From the NCBI GenBank assembly GCA_965153285.1, contig OZ229110.1: a DNA stretch of 64,000 nucleotides; one strand, given 5' to 3'. The notes beneath the pieces were generated by a model. That model had not been told where the DNA came from. It did not search any database and was given only the letters and a program-made list of their open reading frames with translations. Position 1 is the stretch's first letter; the number at the start of each line of letters is the position of its first letter. The stretch is from Podarcis tiliguerta (Eukaryota). Below are positions 1 through 12,400 of the stretch, piece after piece. Made by a program: the position numbers and the translations under genes.

Positions 1-1329
1 TTTGTTCGCTGGAGAATAATACACTAAATCGCCACCAAATTATTTGTATGCCTATGAATTATTTGTTCATTTTCGCTGTCGACATAATTACTGATACGAG
101 TATAAAAGGGTGCATCCAGATTAATTACTTGCTATTACTTCATTACATTAAGCCCAATCTTTCCCAAGGGGTGGGGTGGGGGGAGGAAGAGGAGACACTA
201 GTCAGTCACTGACTCAATATCAGCTGCTTCTTTGCTAAGCCCTGAATGTATTCCATAGTAAGTTGTTTGTCTTAGTGAGTCAGCATAGTAGGCTCCTTTT
301 TAATTTCTCTCTCTCACAACAGAGCCAAGAAAATCTCCCACCTCCCCATGCCGTATGCTACTGAGATTGCAGTTAGTTGCCATCGCCTAAAAGATAACAG
401 ATTTAAATTTATGCTGGGAGCCTTATACGGCCAACAACACTTATAATTCAGGCTGAACGTCAGAGAAAAATCAAGAGAAAAATGCCAATAATAGATTCCT
501 TGTGTTTGTACAATTTGAAGTGACTATCTGTACCATCCGTGGGTAACAGAGTGATATGCCAGACAGCCAAGTGTTTAATTTAATCAGTCATCAGGCTAAA
601 TCTTGAAGCTCTTACGCAGGTGAGTAGCCACACTTGCAGGAAATGTCAGGGGCTTCTTCCTGTCCATACTATTACGCCAGCCTATATAGCACAACAACTG
701 TATCTGCCTTGAATGTCTACAACTAGTTGCAGATGGCATGGTGTGGAGAAGCTGCTTACCTGGACGCCCAGTAAGCAGCAGTGACTCACCTTCTGGGAGG
801 TTAGGTAAGCATTGCTGCCCGACCACACCATCTGTCAACAATGTGTTGCAGCCATCAGAATGGGGAGGTGCCTTTTGCGCACAGCAACTGGGATCCAGAC
901 TAAGTGAGTTGTGTTTAGGTCTCATTGAAATCAATGTGGGGGGGGGGTGAGTCATGATGCAAAGTAAGGAAATGAGCATCGTGGCAAGTTAGTCGACATG
1001 TTCCGTTTTGATTACTTTTTTAATAAGGGTGAGCTGTGCATGGAATGGAAGGCTTAAATTCCAGACACAGGAAGAGCCAGGAGTAGCAGGTATTCTGAAG
1101 TGGTGTCTCTGAAGTGGAGTCATTCATTACTAAACTGGTATGCCTCTTGCACCCTAATTTAACTCCTTGCCTCCTGTGCCTCTCCTTGGATTGCTTGCTA
1201 AATTGGTATGGTCACAGCTTGGGATATGGGGAGTGGGAATTCAATTGAGCTCACCTTTAAAAGTGACTTCATCAGATTCACTTTCTGAAAAGGATGAGAA
1301 CTGAAACACAGCAACCCCCCCCCCTTTGA

Positions 1330-1665
1330 AATCTGCACTTACCCACAATTTGTGATGCAGTTCTTCAACCAGCCGGTGTTTGCAAAAAATGCATATATTA
1401 GGGGAAAGGGTGTATGAAAATGGAATATACTCATGAAAAAAATGGAAATGCATCATATTAGGAGGAATTGCTTGCAAAAATGTGTACATTAGTCAAAACT
1501 GCATTCAAAAATGTGTTCATAAGAAGAAGAAATCACACAAAAATGCTGAAGAATTGTCATGGGGTTATTATTTTTTTAATCAACTAATTGCTGCAGAAAT
1601 GTGGACGAATGGGAAATGGAGAAACAGAGAGAACCAAAAATGGCAGCTCTTTCCATCATACTTGC
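1330..1665. repeat. Unclassified lizard interspersed repeat (second copy at ~16690-16930)
   Basis: The two loci share ATATTAGG...GAAATTGCTTGC.AAAA.TGTGTA...TCACAC.AAAATG.TG...GCAGAAAT.TGGA. Confidence 0.55.
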
Positions 1666-1846
1666 AGGACAGATTCTATTAATTTTCACCTTCCTTTTGT
1701 TAGATCAGGATGGGGCAGGATCTTCAGCCCGGCTGTCACCTCTTAACCTAGTTATACAGATGTGCTGAACTTGATGAAACTGGGAAATAGGATTTTTAGT
1801 CTTCACTTTCATTTTAATCATACATCCTGTCCCTGCCATAAGGACA

Positions 1847-1936
1847 CTTCTTCTTCTTCTTCCTCCTCCTCCTCTTCTTCTTCTCCTCCTCCTCCTCCTC
1901 CTCCTCCTCCTTCTTCTTCTTCTTCTTCTTCTTCTT
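1847..1936. repeat. (CTT)n/(CCT)n compound microsatellite
   Basis: Direct inspection. Confidence 0.97.
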
Positions 1937-2568
1937 TGCCTTAGCAACTAGGGAAATTTTGAATCCCAAAGAGAACTCATTTCCCTGCACAGGAATCCTC
2001 CTGTGAACATCCCCTCTCCTTCTCCCTCTCCTCCTTCTCTTCCATGTTTGCATGCGTCTTGATAGCTTGAATGATTCGTGCCGGCTCTTTTATAAATAGC
2101 TTATTGTCTCTGTGTTGCTTATGAAAGTCTCTGCTGGCTAATTCTGTTTAACATCTTTTAAATGAATATGCTGATTCCCTTATGGGGGCAGTCAGAATTG
2201 CTGAAGATATATTGGGTTGTTGTTTTTTAACAGTATTAACCCCTGAGGTGTCAAATTCCAGAGGGTGCCCAGGTGCAAGGTCAAATGATCCTAAAAGTTG
2301 GTGCCAGGGTTGCATTGAGATCTGCAGGCAGGTGTGCACACTGCACACCTCGTCATACAGTGCTGAGTGTACCAGCCCCATGCCATTAAAATCCATGGCT
2401 ACACTTGCACTCACGGCCATGGAGCTGAACTGCAGTCATTGATTCCATAGCTTAGTTCCAAACACTATGCCAGGTTTATTGAGGTGAAACCTAATGCCAT
2501 TAAGTTAAAACACAAGCCAGACACTCTTGGGTATCACTGCCTCATGGGTATATTTCGTGAGCTAACTT

Positions 2569-3113
2569 CAGTGCTTTTTTTCTTTTAAAAAATGTTTAGG
2601 GGGACTCCTTTTCCTACTCCTACTCCTACTCCTTTTCCTACTTAGGGGGACTCCTTTTCCTACTCATATTGAAATACTGCCCCTCAATGAGGCCAAACTT
2701 AGACTCACAAAATGAGGGACGCGGGTGGCGCTGTGGGTTAAAGCCTCAGTGCCTAGGGCTTGCCGATCGAAAGGTCAGCAGTTCGAATCCCCGCGGTGGG
2801 GTGCGCTCCCGCTGTTCGGTCCCAGCGCCTGCCAACCTAGCAGTTCGAAAGCACCCCCGGGTGCAAGTAGATAAATAGGGACCGCTTACTAGCGGGAAGG
2901 TAAACGGCGTTTCCGTGTGCGGCTCTGGCTCGCCAGAGCAGCGATGTCACGCTGGCCACGTGACCCAGAAGTGTCTTCGGACAGCGCTGGCCCTTGGCCT
3001 CTTTGAGTGAGATGGGCGCACAACACTAGAGTCTGTCAAGACTGGCCCGTATGGGCAGGGGTACCTTTACCTTTTTTATGCATAACCCTGCTTCCCCCCA
3101 GAAAAAAGCACTG
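2569..3113. mobile_element. Non-autonomous hAT element (MITE) containing a nested SINE
   Basis: TIRs CAGTGCTTTTTT...AAAAAAGCACTG and an 8-bp TSD GCTAACTT (2561-2568, 3114-3121). Confidence 0.88.
2716..3074 (+). mobile_element. Sauria SINE (Squam1), full length
   Basis: GGGACGCGGGTGGCGCTGTGG head, B-box GTTCGAATCC, core CCTGCCAACCTAGCAGTTCGAAAGCAC, (ACCTTT)n tail. Confidence 0.93.
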
Positions 3114-3559
3114 GCTAACTTCATAACAGGTCACTTCACCTCCACACTGTTCCTTCAATTCCCTTGAGCTCAACCCCCCCCCCCCAAACTGTTCCTTCAA
3201 TTCCCTTGAGCTCAAAAAATTGAATTAACACGAGGGCTTTTGAAAGAAGAATCAGTATGCCAGTAGATTATTATTTTTTCCTTACTGAACAGTACTAGTT
3301 TATTGCTACACAGCTTTTTGAACTTTTGGAAATTCAAAGAAAGGTGTCTGCAGCCTTGGGAGGCATCTTGTTCACAAAGGGAAATACTGGGTGCATGCAT
3401 GGACCATGTGCACTTGCCGCTTTAGATTTGGCCAATGCCGGCAAACTGTAGTCGTGTTTTGAGTGCCCTGACCCTGATAAAGATGTATACACAGTCCCAG
3501 AGGCTCTGTCTACACTGGGATAAGAGACTTCACTGTTCTGTGAATGAGACTCAGAATCT

Positions 3560-4107
3560 TGCACATTGCATTAAGCCAAACCATGGCTTAGCACAAATAT
3601 ATGAGTGTGTAGGTTCCAAGAGAGAAAACTGTGGCTGCTTTGCTCCTCTCCCTGGTCATTCTGCAGTTGTGCTGTGCTAGACCATGGTTTTTCTTAGCAT
3701 GCTGTTTGAAACAAGTTCATGGTTTCACTCTCTGAAGGCTAACCACGAACTGTCACCAGGGTTTATCCTACAAGGCTTACAGCTCACGGTTTGTCCAGGA
3801 GTGTTAAACCATAAGTCCAGGTTCAGATGATTGTGTTGTGAACTGCCCTGATACCTACATATGGGCAGCATACAAATGTAAATAAATAAATAAATAAGAT
3901 GACGTGCTAAGACAGACCATGGCTTAGCTCAGTGCAGTGCAGCAGCAGAATGACTGACTAACCCAAACCATAGCTTAGCCTAGGATGGTGCAGCTGCAGA
4001 ATGACTAGGGGGGAGGAAAGCGGCTGAGATCTCCTCTCTAGGAGTCCCAACACTTGCATGTTTGCACTAAGCCATGGTTTGGTTTAGTGTGATGTGTGAA
4101 CCAGGCC
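3560..4107. mobile_element. Degenerate MITE with internal AACCATGG repeats (Harbinger-like?)
   Basis: About 35-bp imperfect inverted ends (CACATTGCATTAAGCCAAACCATGGCTTAGCACAAA / TTTGCACTAAGCCATGGTTTGGTTTAGTGTGATGTG). Confidence 0.55.
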
Positions 4108-4253
4108 AACAACACTCTCACTCACAGTAAACACCCACCCTTTCTTAAAAATGAAAGGGGCAACTCCTCCCACTATATATATATATAGTCCAATAAGGAT
4201 TCAATAGCCATGGAATGTTGAGAATCATTTTGAGAAGAATTATAAAGCTGCTA

Positions 4254-4487
4254 CAGTGGTACCTTGGTACTCAGAAGGGCTTTGCTCCTGAACAAATCGG
4301 CTCCCAAACGCCGCAAACCTGGAAGTGAGTGTTTGCGAACGTTTTTCAGAAGCCAAATGTCTGACGCGGCTTCCACGGCTTCTGTTTGAATGCAGGAAGC
4401 TCCTGCAGCCAATCAGAAGCCAAGCCTTGGTTTTCAAACGGTTTTGGGAGTCGAACGGACTCCTGGAACGGATTAAGTGGTACACTG
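4254..4487. mobile_element. Tc1/mariner (Tigger-like) MITE
   Basis: TA-CAGTGGTACC start and a degenerate GGTAC-ACTG end. Confidence 0.75.
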
Positions 4488-7400
4488 TGTATGGAAAGGA
4501 GGAAGATATGGCTGGTTAATGAGATGAGATATACTGCAACATTCTGTTGCAGGTACCATTCGCTGACTGACATGTTTCATGGTCATCCAGAGTCAACACT
4601 CAATACCCAGTCCTGGCAATTATCAGTGCCCTGCAAACTGAAACGGAATAAACTCAAATGCATTTAGGAATGAGGCATCATTATTATCTTAACACAAATA
4701 CAGATCAACAATAACCCACTATTCACTATACAATCCCCAAGCCCTTCTCCGTCCAACCTGCCTAATGGGAGAATGAGTGTTGCAGTATATTTCAGTTCAA
4801 TTTTAATTGAGCATGTTGAAGCCAGAGTGTACACAGATGTTCTTGTAAATACTGCTACAAGTACACACAGCAAGTCAGGCATTGGCTGGCACTTCAACTC
4901 CACAATTTTTGCACAAACAAACCGATTGTGACTTATGCTCATCATTTCTACTCCAATACCAGCCAAGTGGGTGGGTGGCAGTGTTCTACTGACTGACTGA
5001 TGGCAGGCTTTCAGCTGCTGGAATTTTAAAAACCTTTTTTCTATGCTGGCAAAGTAGCTAGAGAGCTATTGCAAATGACGTTCAATCCATCACCAGATCT
5101 CCCAAATCACCCTGATACCTCCTGGAACTATTTCTGCCTCAACTTAATTTTAGACATCTCGGAACCTTATCACCACCAACCTCTTTGATCGTATTTATTG
5201 CTCTTTGATTTTTATTACTCTAGTAATAGATCTGAACAGAAGCACCTACGATGGGTGCCAAGATCCACAAGCATAGGTTGCAATCCGAGAGTATCTTAGA
5301 GGTTTGACCATCTTGCGATTGCTCAAATGAATGGTTTGGGATTTAAAGCAATCCCAGTGCTGGGGTGCCAGACTAAAAACATATTCAAACTAACATTTGC
5401 TCAGAATATAGACACACTGAAATTAATTGGCCTGAGTTAGTCAGGGTCATTAATTTCAATGGGTCTACTCTGAGTAAAATTTACTTGTCTATCACCCATA
5501 AATACATTTAAAGGGGGTGGGGGAGTCGAAACGTGACATCTGAATAAATCTTAGGAGTTCTTTTTAAAAGTGTTGTATATCCTCCCAGGAATCATAAAGC
5601 TACAGAACTTCTATAGTTTAACTTTTGTACGTTTCGCTTTCTGTCATATTGTCCCTGGATATATCACTGGAGGATCTATGCACAATCTCATGAAAAAGTG
5701 GGCATGGAAGCTTGGAGGAAGAATCAGAAAACTGGAAGGAACCTGGGAAAGGGCATGACTGGTTGGAAGTCTGAGCAGGAGCACTCCATGCTGTGGCCCC
5801 GTCCTACTTTCACAATTGTAGCAGCCTCTGACGTTTCTCTGAGCCTATCCTTCTTTTCTCCAGTCCTAAAGTGGTTTCTTCTCCCTGATTTAGACATTTC
5901 GCCTCTTTCTTGTTTTAATGTGAACAATGCTTTTAGCGATAGCATCAGTTGTTTCCAAGTCTCTGTTATGTTGCTCCTTCTGTCCTGCGAAGCTAACCTT
6001 CTTGTTATCAGTATTCTCTAGAGGATAACCTAATATTATCTGGTACCTCTTCCTACCTCTGCGATGGCTATTAGCAGCTTACTTTCAGGCTTCAGTCTGG
6101 TACACACTTAGCTCATAGACTGGATAACGGGGTCAGTTTGCACTTTTCCTAAGCTGCTGCTGGAGGAATTATTGATTCCAGAAATATACAAGGTTTTGCA
6201 CTCTTATAGGAATTTCTGAGACCCTTGATTTGGGGGGGGGGGGGGCTAGCCTGGCTTTCCATAATTTCTCTGCACACATCTGCTACTGATAATATTAAAG
6301 GCCTGATTTAAATTGTTCCCATTTGCGGGAGGGGGGGGGGACTTGGCTTAGCACTGCCTTAGCTAAAATTCTGAATAGCTTTATAAAGGGGGACTTGGCA
6401 GGGAAAGGCAAGTTCCTAACTTTGAAATCTTCTCTGTCCCTAGCCAATAGCGGCAGTCGAAAGCATCTACCTGGAAATTGCCCTGGGGCTGTGAACTGGT
6501 ATGTTTTCTCTCAGAGGGGAAATGCTGTTGGGTCCTTAAATACAGTCATACCAGTTATCAGGAAGTGAAAATGAGACATTTCAAGAAACTCTCTGAACAG
6601 CTGTCGCTCTGCTTCTCAAAATAAAAAACCGAAATTGATGACATAGATGTAAAAGGACATTGTCACAAGGCCTTATGTCTTCTGCGTCAAAAGCAAATGT
6701 CTTGGCTTCGTGTAGCAGCAGCAGGAGACCATTATCCTGTATCAACATTCAGTTCCATTCATGTGATGTCTAAATTAACGATGCTGCGAGGATGGTTGGA
6801 GAGACCAAAATGGGCATAAGCCCATGAGTCAAATATGCACTTCAAAAGCATTTCCTATAAATTACAGAGGAACAATAGAACCGGTGATGGGGTTGTCTGC
6901 TTAAATTTGTAAATATTCTTTATACTGTAAGTATCATTATTCTATTGCATTCTAGAGAACATTGCATAACATCCTTAGATGTAAAGAAGGCCAGTTTTTG
7001 TTTTTTTGTTTTTACTATCTACATATTGCAGATGGGATCATTTGCAGAGAGTAAACTAGCTTCCCTAATGAAGCAGCCTAGCGAGAGGTGAAGGCTACCT
7101 AATGAGATTATGGTTTAGGTGATATATGAACCACAAATACAGCTGGGACTTCTAAAAAGTCTTCTATATCAGGGTGGCTAACCTCCAGGTGGTGTTGAGC
7201 CCCAGTTAGCATGGCCAATGGTCAGAGGTAATTGGAATTGTAATCTAACAACATCTGGAGAGCATCCCATTGACTGGTCCTGTTCTAGGTGAATCCCATG
7301 AAGGCATTATTGCAGCAGCTCCATCAGGAATGATGCTCTGATGGCTTCCAGGTCTGAAGCTGCAACAAATTTTCACAGTCTTCTTACCTGGACCTGGTGT

Positions 7401-7639
7401 AAGCTGATGTGAGAATGGAAGCCATTGTGGCACATGAGCTAATATATTCTGGTTGAGAAATGGATGAAGTGAGTTCAAAGCCTTCATCAGTCATTAAGCT
7501 CTCTGGGCACCTTTAGGAGAGCCAGCCTCTTCTTTTGTATGGATGTTGTTGGAAGAAAATGCAAGTAGACTTTTATTTTACATACTGCACCCTTAAGCCA
7601 AGTTGTCTCTAGGGAGTTTACAATGAGAATGGGAATTAT

Positions 7640-8074
7640 TGTTGTTGTTGTTGTTTAGTCGTTTAGTTGTGTACGACTCTTCGTGACCCCATGGACCAGA
7701 GCACGCCAGGCACTCCTGTCTTCCACTGCCTCCCGCAGTTTGGTCAGGCTCATGTTTGTAGCTTCAAGAACACTGTCCAACCATCTCGTCCTCTGTTGTC
7801 CCCTTCTCCTTGTACCCTCCATCTTTCCCAACATCAGGGTCTTTTCCAGGGAGTCTTCTCTTCTCATGAGGTGGCCAAAGTTTTGGAGCCTCAGCTCCAT
7901 GATCTATCCTTCCAGTGAGCACTCAAGGCTGATTTCCTTCAGAATCAATAGGTTTGATTTTCTTGCAGTCCATGGGACTCTCAAGAGTCTCCTCCAGCAC
8001 CATAATTCAAAAGCATCAATTCTTCGGCGATCAGCCTTCTTTATGGTCCAGCTCTCACTTCCGTACATCACTAC
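7640..8074 (-). mobile_element. Bov-B (RTE) LINE, 3' fragment
   Basis: ORF C-terminus FGHLMRREDSLEKTLMLGKMEGTRRRG...WRALVHGVTKSRTQLND, (CAA)n tail, and a 10-bp TSD TGGGAATTAT (7630-7639, 8075-8084). Confidence 0.95.
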
Positions 8075-8084
8075 TGGGAATTAT

Positions 8085-8250
8085 AGGAGGCTGCTTTGTA
8101 TTGAATCAGACCATTGCTCCATCTAGCTCAGCACTGTCTGCTCTGACTGGCAGTGACTTTCTGGGCTGCCAGCCCTCCATAGAAATGCCCGGGATTGAAC
8201 CTAGAACCTTCCTGCATGCAAAGCAGAGGCTCTACCACTGAGCCACTGCC
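8085..8250 (-). mobile_element. tRNA-derived squamate SINE (Squam3-like); related copies at ~19830-19935, ~33425-33525 and 46320-46472
   Basis: The minus strand reads GCTCAGTGGTAGAGCCTCTGCTTTGCATGCAGGAAGGT...GGTTCAATCCC (A/B boxes), with the shared body CTGCCAGTC...CTGAGCTAGATGG. Confidence 0.7.
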
Positions 8251-9379
8251 CAATACAATATCAAAATGAAATCACGGTTACCATGTTAAAAGACCTGCAG
8301 GAAGATGACAGGTTGCATTTTTAAAACCCAGAACTTCAAAAAAGAAAAAGGAAAAAGAATATCTTGCATCCTGCTCTCAGCCCCTTCAACAGGGGGGAAA
8401 GGAATAAAGAAGCAATCCCAGCCTCAGCCTGAGGAAGCACAGCCACTGTTGTGCATTTGGATCTACAATACTTGTTGACAGAAGGAAGCAGCTCTGAAAC
8501 ACTCTGCTAGGCATCAGTTGGGACCTTCAAATTCCAGGTATCACAAACCGTAGCCAATCTGGATGAACAGGGATTGAATCTTTACTTTGAATCCTTTCTG
8601 ATTTTCTTTTCTTTCTTTCTTTTAACACCATGAAGATTTAATGGCAAGGTATGAAGGCACATTTTGAAGCAATAAATGCCTTTCCCAACTGCCAGCCTTT
8701 CATTCTTCCCTAGCCTAGGCATGAGTCACTGAACTGCAGCTGCTGTTATTAATACATTGCCCTGCCGCAGCACCTCCAAATGAAGATCTCGGAGCTCTTG
8801 AAACTCCACAGAAGAAATCTAGTGAGGCAGGTACCATTGTTCCCACATCACAAAGGGGGCCCTGGGTATTATTTGCTGAGCAGCACACAGAGAACAAACA
8901 TGGCTCCTAGGTTTGGAAAAGAAGAACTGCCTTACTGAGTTAGTCCAACAGCAGCCTGCCTTCTTAAGCTAGGTAGTGGCAGCTGATCTCAAGCCTCAAG
9001 AACATAAGAAGAGCCTGCTAGATTTGCACTCTTTTGTCATGATCACAACTGGTAAACGACCACTATGACTCCTACCGTGCATAGCCTTATCCTCCATGCA
9101 TTTGACTAATCCAAGCCTCCTCTGTTCATGGCATATCAAACAAGGGTCTTCCTGAATTCCAAACAGAAGATACTATGAATTAGTGGGATATAATTTATTC
9201 TTGCAGAAAGAATACCATATAGCTACAATTTTTCGCTTGTGAGCTTATGTCGCATTAGCTTGGTGCAGCTTCATGGGAAGACATTTTGATTAACCTGATG
9301 GTTTAATCCAGGGCCTGCAAAGCCACTCCTGATTCAGATGCTACAGAGAAATCTCCTAATGACCACTCCCAGCTTCATA

Positions 9380-9830
9380 GAGCTGTGATGCACCCCGTAG
9401 CTAAATTGTCCTGGAACTGAGAAACACTAATCCAATGTTATCTTCTAGAGTTATCCCTGGAGATAATGCTGGAACTGCTGCAGATCAGTGTCTCCAGTGT
9501 AAGTGTTGTAGTCCAGGAAAGCACCATGACTGATGGTATCAAAAGATGATGAGAGAAGCAGCAGGGTCATAACCCTCTGTCCCAATGAAGGTCTTCTATT
9601 GGTGTGACCAAAGCTGATTTGGTCGTGAACCCAGATTAGAATGGGTCTGGAGAAATAATTCCTCCAAGAATGACTGCACCTGCACTTCCACAACTCTCTC
9701 AGGTATTTGTCAAATACCCATAAGTCCACAAAGGTTCCCCCCACCCACCCCCAGGAATGGCCTCACCAACAACTCCTTCAAGGTGGCAGACACCATCTCC
9801 TCTTGCAAACCCACATCCACCACACCCTGT
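9380..9830 (-). mobile_element. Degraded L2 LINE reverse-transcriptase fragment
   Basis: Translation LLLLSSSFDTISHGAFL resembles the L2/CR1 RT motif LDLSAAFDTIDHGILL. Confidence 0.65.
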
Positions 9831-10139
9831 CCTCCCAATTAGCTGTACTCAGCCATGAAGGACAAAAGTCAAGCGAATGAATGGTTGAGCACATACTTGC
9901 TTGTATATTGTGTACATCATCAAGCTGCAAAGGCTAAAACTATGGGCTTTATCCCAACTCTTCCTTATATATTTTCCTTCAACCAGCCAGCTTGGCCTTT
10001 AAAATCCCTCCTGCCCCCAACCAATAAATAGGTGGGCAGACAGGAGGAACTGCAGGTGTAAGCTGTCCAGGGCCGAAAGATGTCAACCACTGAGCTCAGG
10101 CCTCGTCTTACTCTAAAAATTAAAGAAGCCAATTCCTTA

Positions 10140-10253
10140 GGGTGGTATTCAACTCAGTTTTACTCAGAGTAGGCATACTGAAATTAATTAATCTATTTTA
10201 GTCATGCTCATTCAATGGCACAATTCTGAGTAAAACTGAGTTGCATACCACCC
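10140..10253. mobile_element. PIF/Harbinger-type MITE (related degenerate copy at ~5380-5498)
   Basis: About 29-bp TIRs GGGTGGTATTCAACTCAGTTTTACTCAGA / TCTGAGTAAAACTGAGTTGCATACCACCC with a 3-bp TTA on both sides. Confidence 0.75.
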
Positions 10254-11939
10254 TTAATTCTTTTAGTTTAAAATGTTGCTTACCAAAGTTGTCTGTTTCA
10301 TAAGGCTAGCTTCCTGTTGATCCTTTGGCCACTATTCAAGCAATATCATTTATTAACGAAAGATGTAGATTTGAAGAGTCTAGGCCAGAGCACTTGGGGA
10401 CAACTAGCTAACTAACTCTGCTCTCCAAAATGCCAAGTCATCCTTCTCATATGCCAGTCCTGCTCAATGAAAGCTGACGGCTCTCTGTACAGTGATTCAC
10501 CAGTACTCATAATTATTCATTAAACTATCCCTGAGAATCTTTGTTTTCCAATAGTAGAAAACCAAGGAATTAGAACTAAAATATCTTTGAGAAGTATGCT
10601 TTTGTATGATCAGAATGTAATACTAACCAAGCCAGTTACTCGTGCAATTTGATGTCATCAGCTAAGAAATCTGTATTTTTCCAAAGTACCCTCTTTAATT
10701 CATCAATATCTTCCCTAAATCTGTATTTTTGTGTGTATCTTCATTCATCATTCATTTGAACTTCCACTTACAGACTCAAAATCCAATTTCCTCCCTGAGC
10801 CAAAACAAGATTACCTGCATAGGAGTTAAAACACAGAATGATTAGCTGTTTGGGGAAGAGATAGGTGTGGCAGGAAGTGGGTTAGAAATACCCCACAGAA
10901 CTTCAGGGGATCAAAGACATTCACATCATTTTTTGCTTCCTTTGTCTGCAGAAGTTATCAACAGAACAAAAACATACACAGCCAGAAAATAAATCTGCGC
11001 TCCATTTCTTTCTCCTTCCCCATAACCCTTGATTTACGTAGTTATATAAACAACATAGTTCCACATCCCAAGCATCTTCACACATCATGTATAGCTATCC
11101 ATATGTGATATGAAAAAAATGATTTAAAAAGCATCTATTTGCAATGACTGAAAATGCTGGCATGAATAAATAACATTGCAATATAGCAAATGATTTATTT
11201 AGAATAAATCATCTGGATCTAGTTATTCTGATTTAATTGGTTCATGAACTGGATTGATTTGAGCAACACACAAATATTCAGCTTGGATCTGTCAATATAC
11301 ACTCCAGTCTGTTGTGCAGACATTCTCTCCTTTGCTTTGATGCCTCGTCTGATTAAACAGCTTTGGCCGGTATTCAGTTTAGATAACATAATGATTGAAG
11401 TTTCCAACAATGCTTATTAAGATTTTAACAGGAATCCATTTTAACACCCATTTTGAAATATGGTTGGCATTTTTATCTATCTATCTATCTATCTATCTAT
11501 CTGGAGATTTGTTTAGACCATTTAAATTTTTTTAAGGGCAAGTTATACATATATAATATGCAATTAAAAAACCAAAACAAAAGAACACAGTATAAAAATA
11601 CTGAACACATAACAAAAACATAAAAAAACAAAATACAATGGCATAAGTACAAAGACACAGAGCAGGATTCATCAAGCAAGTGTCACTGGCAGAAGCTTGG
11701 GCAAGGATTTCTACTAGCACAACAGGGCTCCCCCCCCACACACACCTCCAAATGGCTCTGGTGGTTGAGGAAAACCATGGTGGGGAGGAGAGTAGGGGGA
11801 TTGTTCCATCTGCCAAGCTGGAAAGTTTGCACTGGTAGAATAATTGCCACAGCACTATGCTGAATTCACCACCAAAGCATTTTAAAAATCCAACCTTACT
11901 TTTGCCTGGGCAACAAGATATGCTTTCTGGAGGCACCTA

Positions 11940-12400
11940 AAATAGATTAACTGATGGTGCCTCCTGAATCACAGAGGGAAGATATTCCAGACTATGGAGG
12001 GACCATGGGAAATACACCCCAGAATGCCATTGCCCTACAACCATCTCTAAGGCATGATGCTACTACTAAGGGTGTTTCACCTGATGAATTAAGTCTTAAG
12101 TGGTCAAACAGGTTTGCATACAAGAAGATGGTTCTTCAGGTAACTTGATCCTCAAATTGTTCAGGGCTTAATATTATTATTATTATTAATTAAATTTATA
12201 TACAGCCCTTCATCTATAGATTTCAGGGCAGTTCACAGTATAAAAAAACCACAAGAGAAAAACACAAAATACATAATAAGAGCAAGAGCAAAACAAAGGC
12301 TTTGAACATGATCCAATCAGCAGGTACTTTTTTCAACAATGCAACTGCAGCCTTCTACACCAGCTGCAGCTTCCGGATCAATCTCAGTGGCACAAAGTGT
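11940..12400 (-). mobile_element. Degraded L2 LINE 3' fragment with a short insertion
   Basis: Minus-strand counterpart of the L2 3' motifs seen at 18.6-18.9 kb and 55.0-55.5 kb (GGTTCTTCAGGTAAC...GTTCAGGGCTT; CAGCTGCAGCTTCCG). Confidence 0.5.

Noticed and set aside
1705-2053. Poly-Arg/Ser/Pro/Glu ORFs
   Set aside because: Translations of the (CTT/CCT)n microsatellite.
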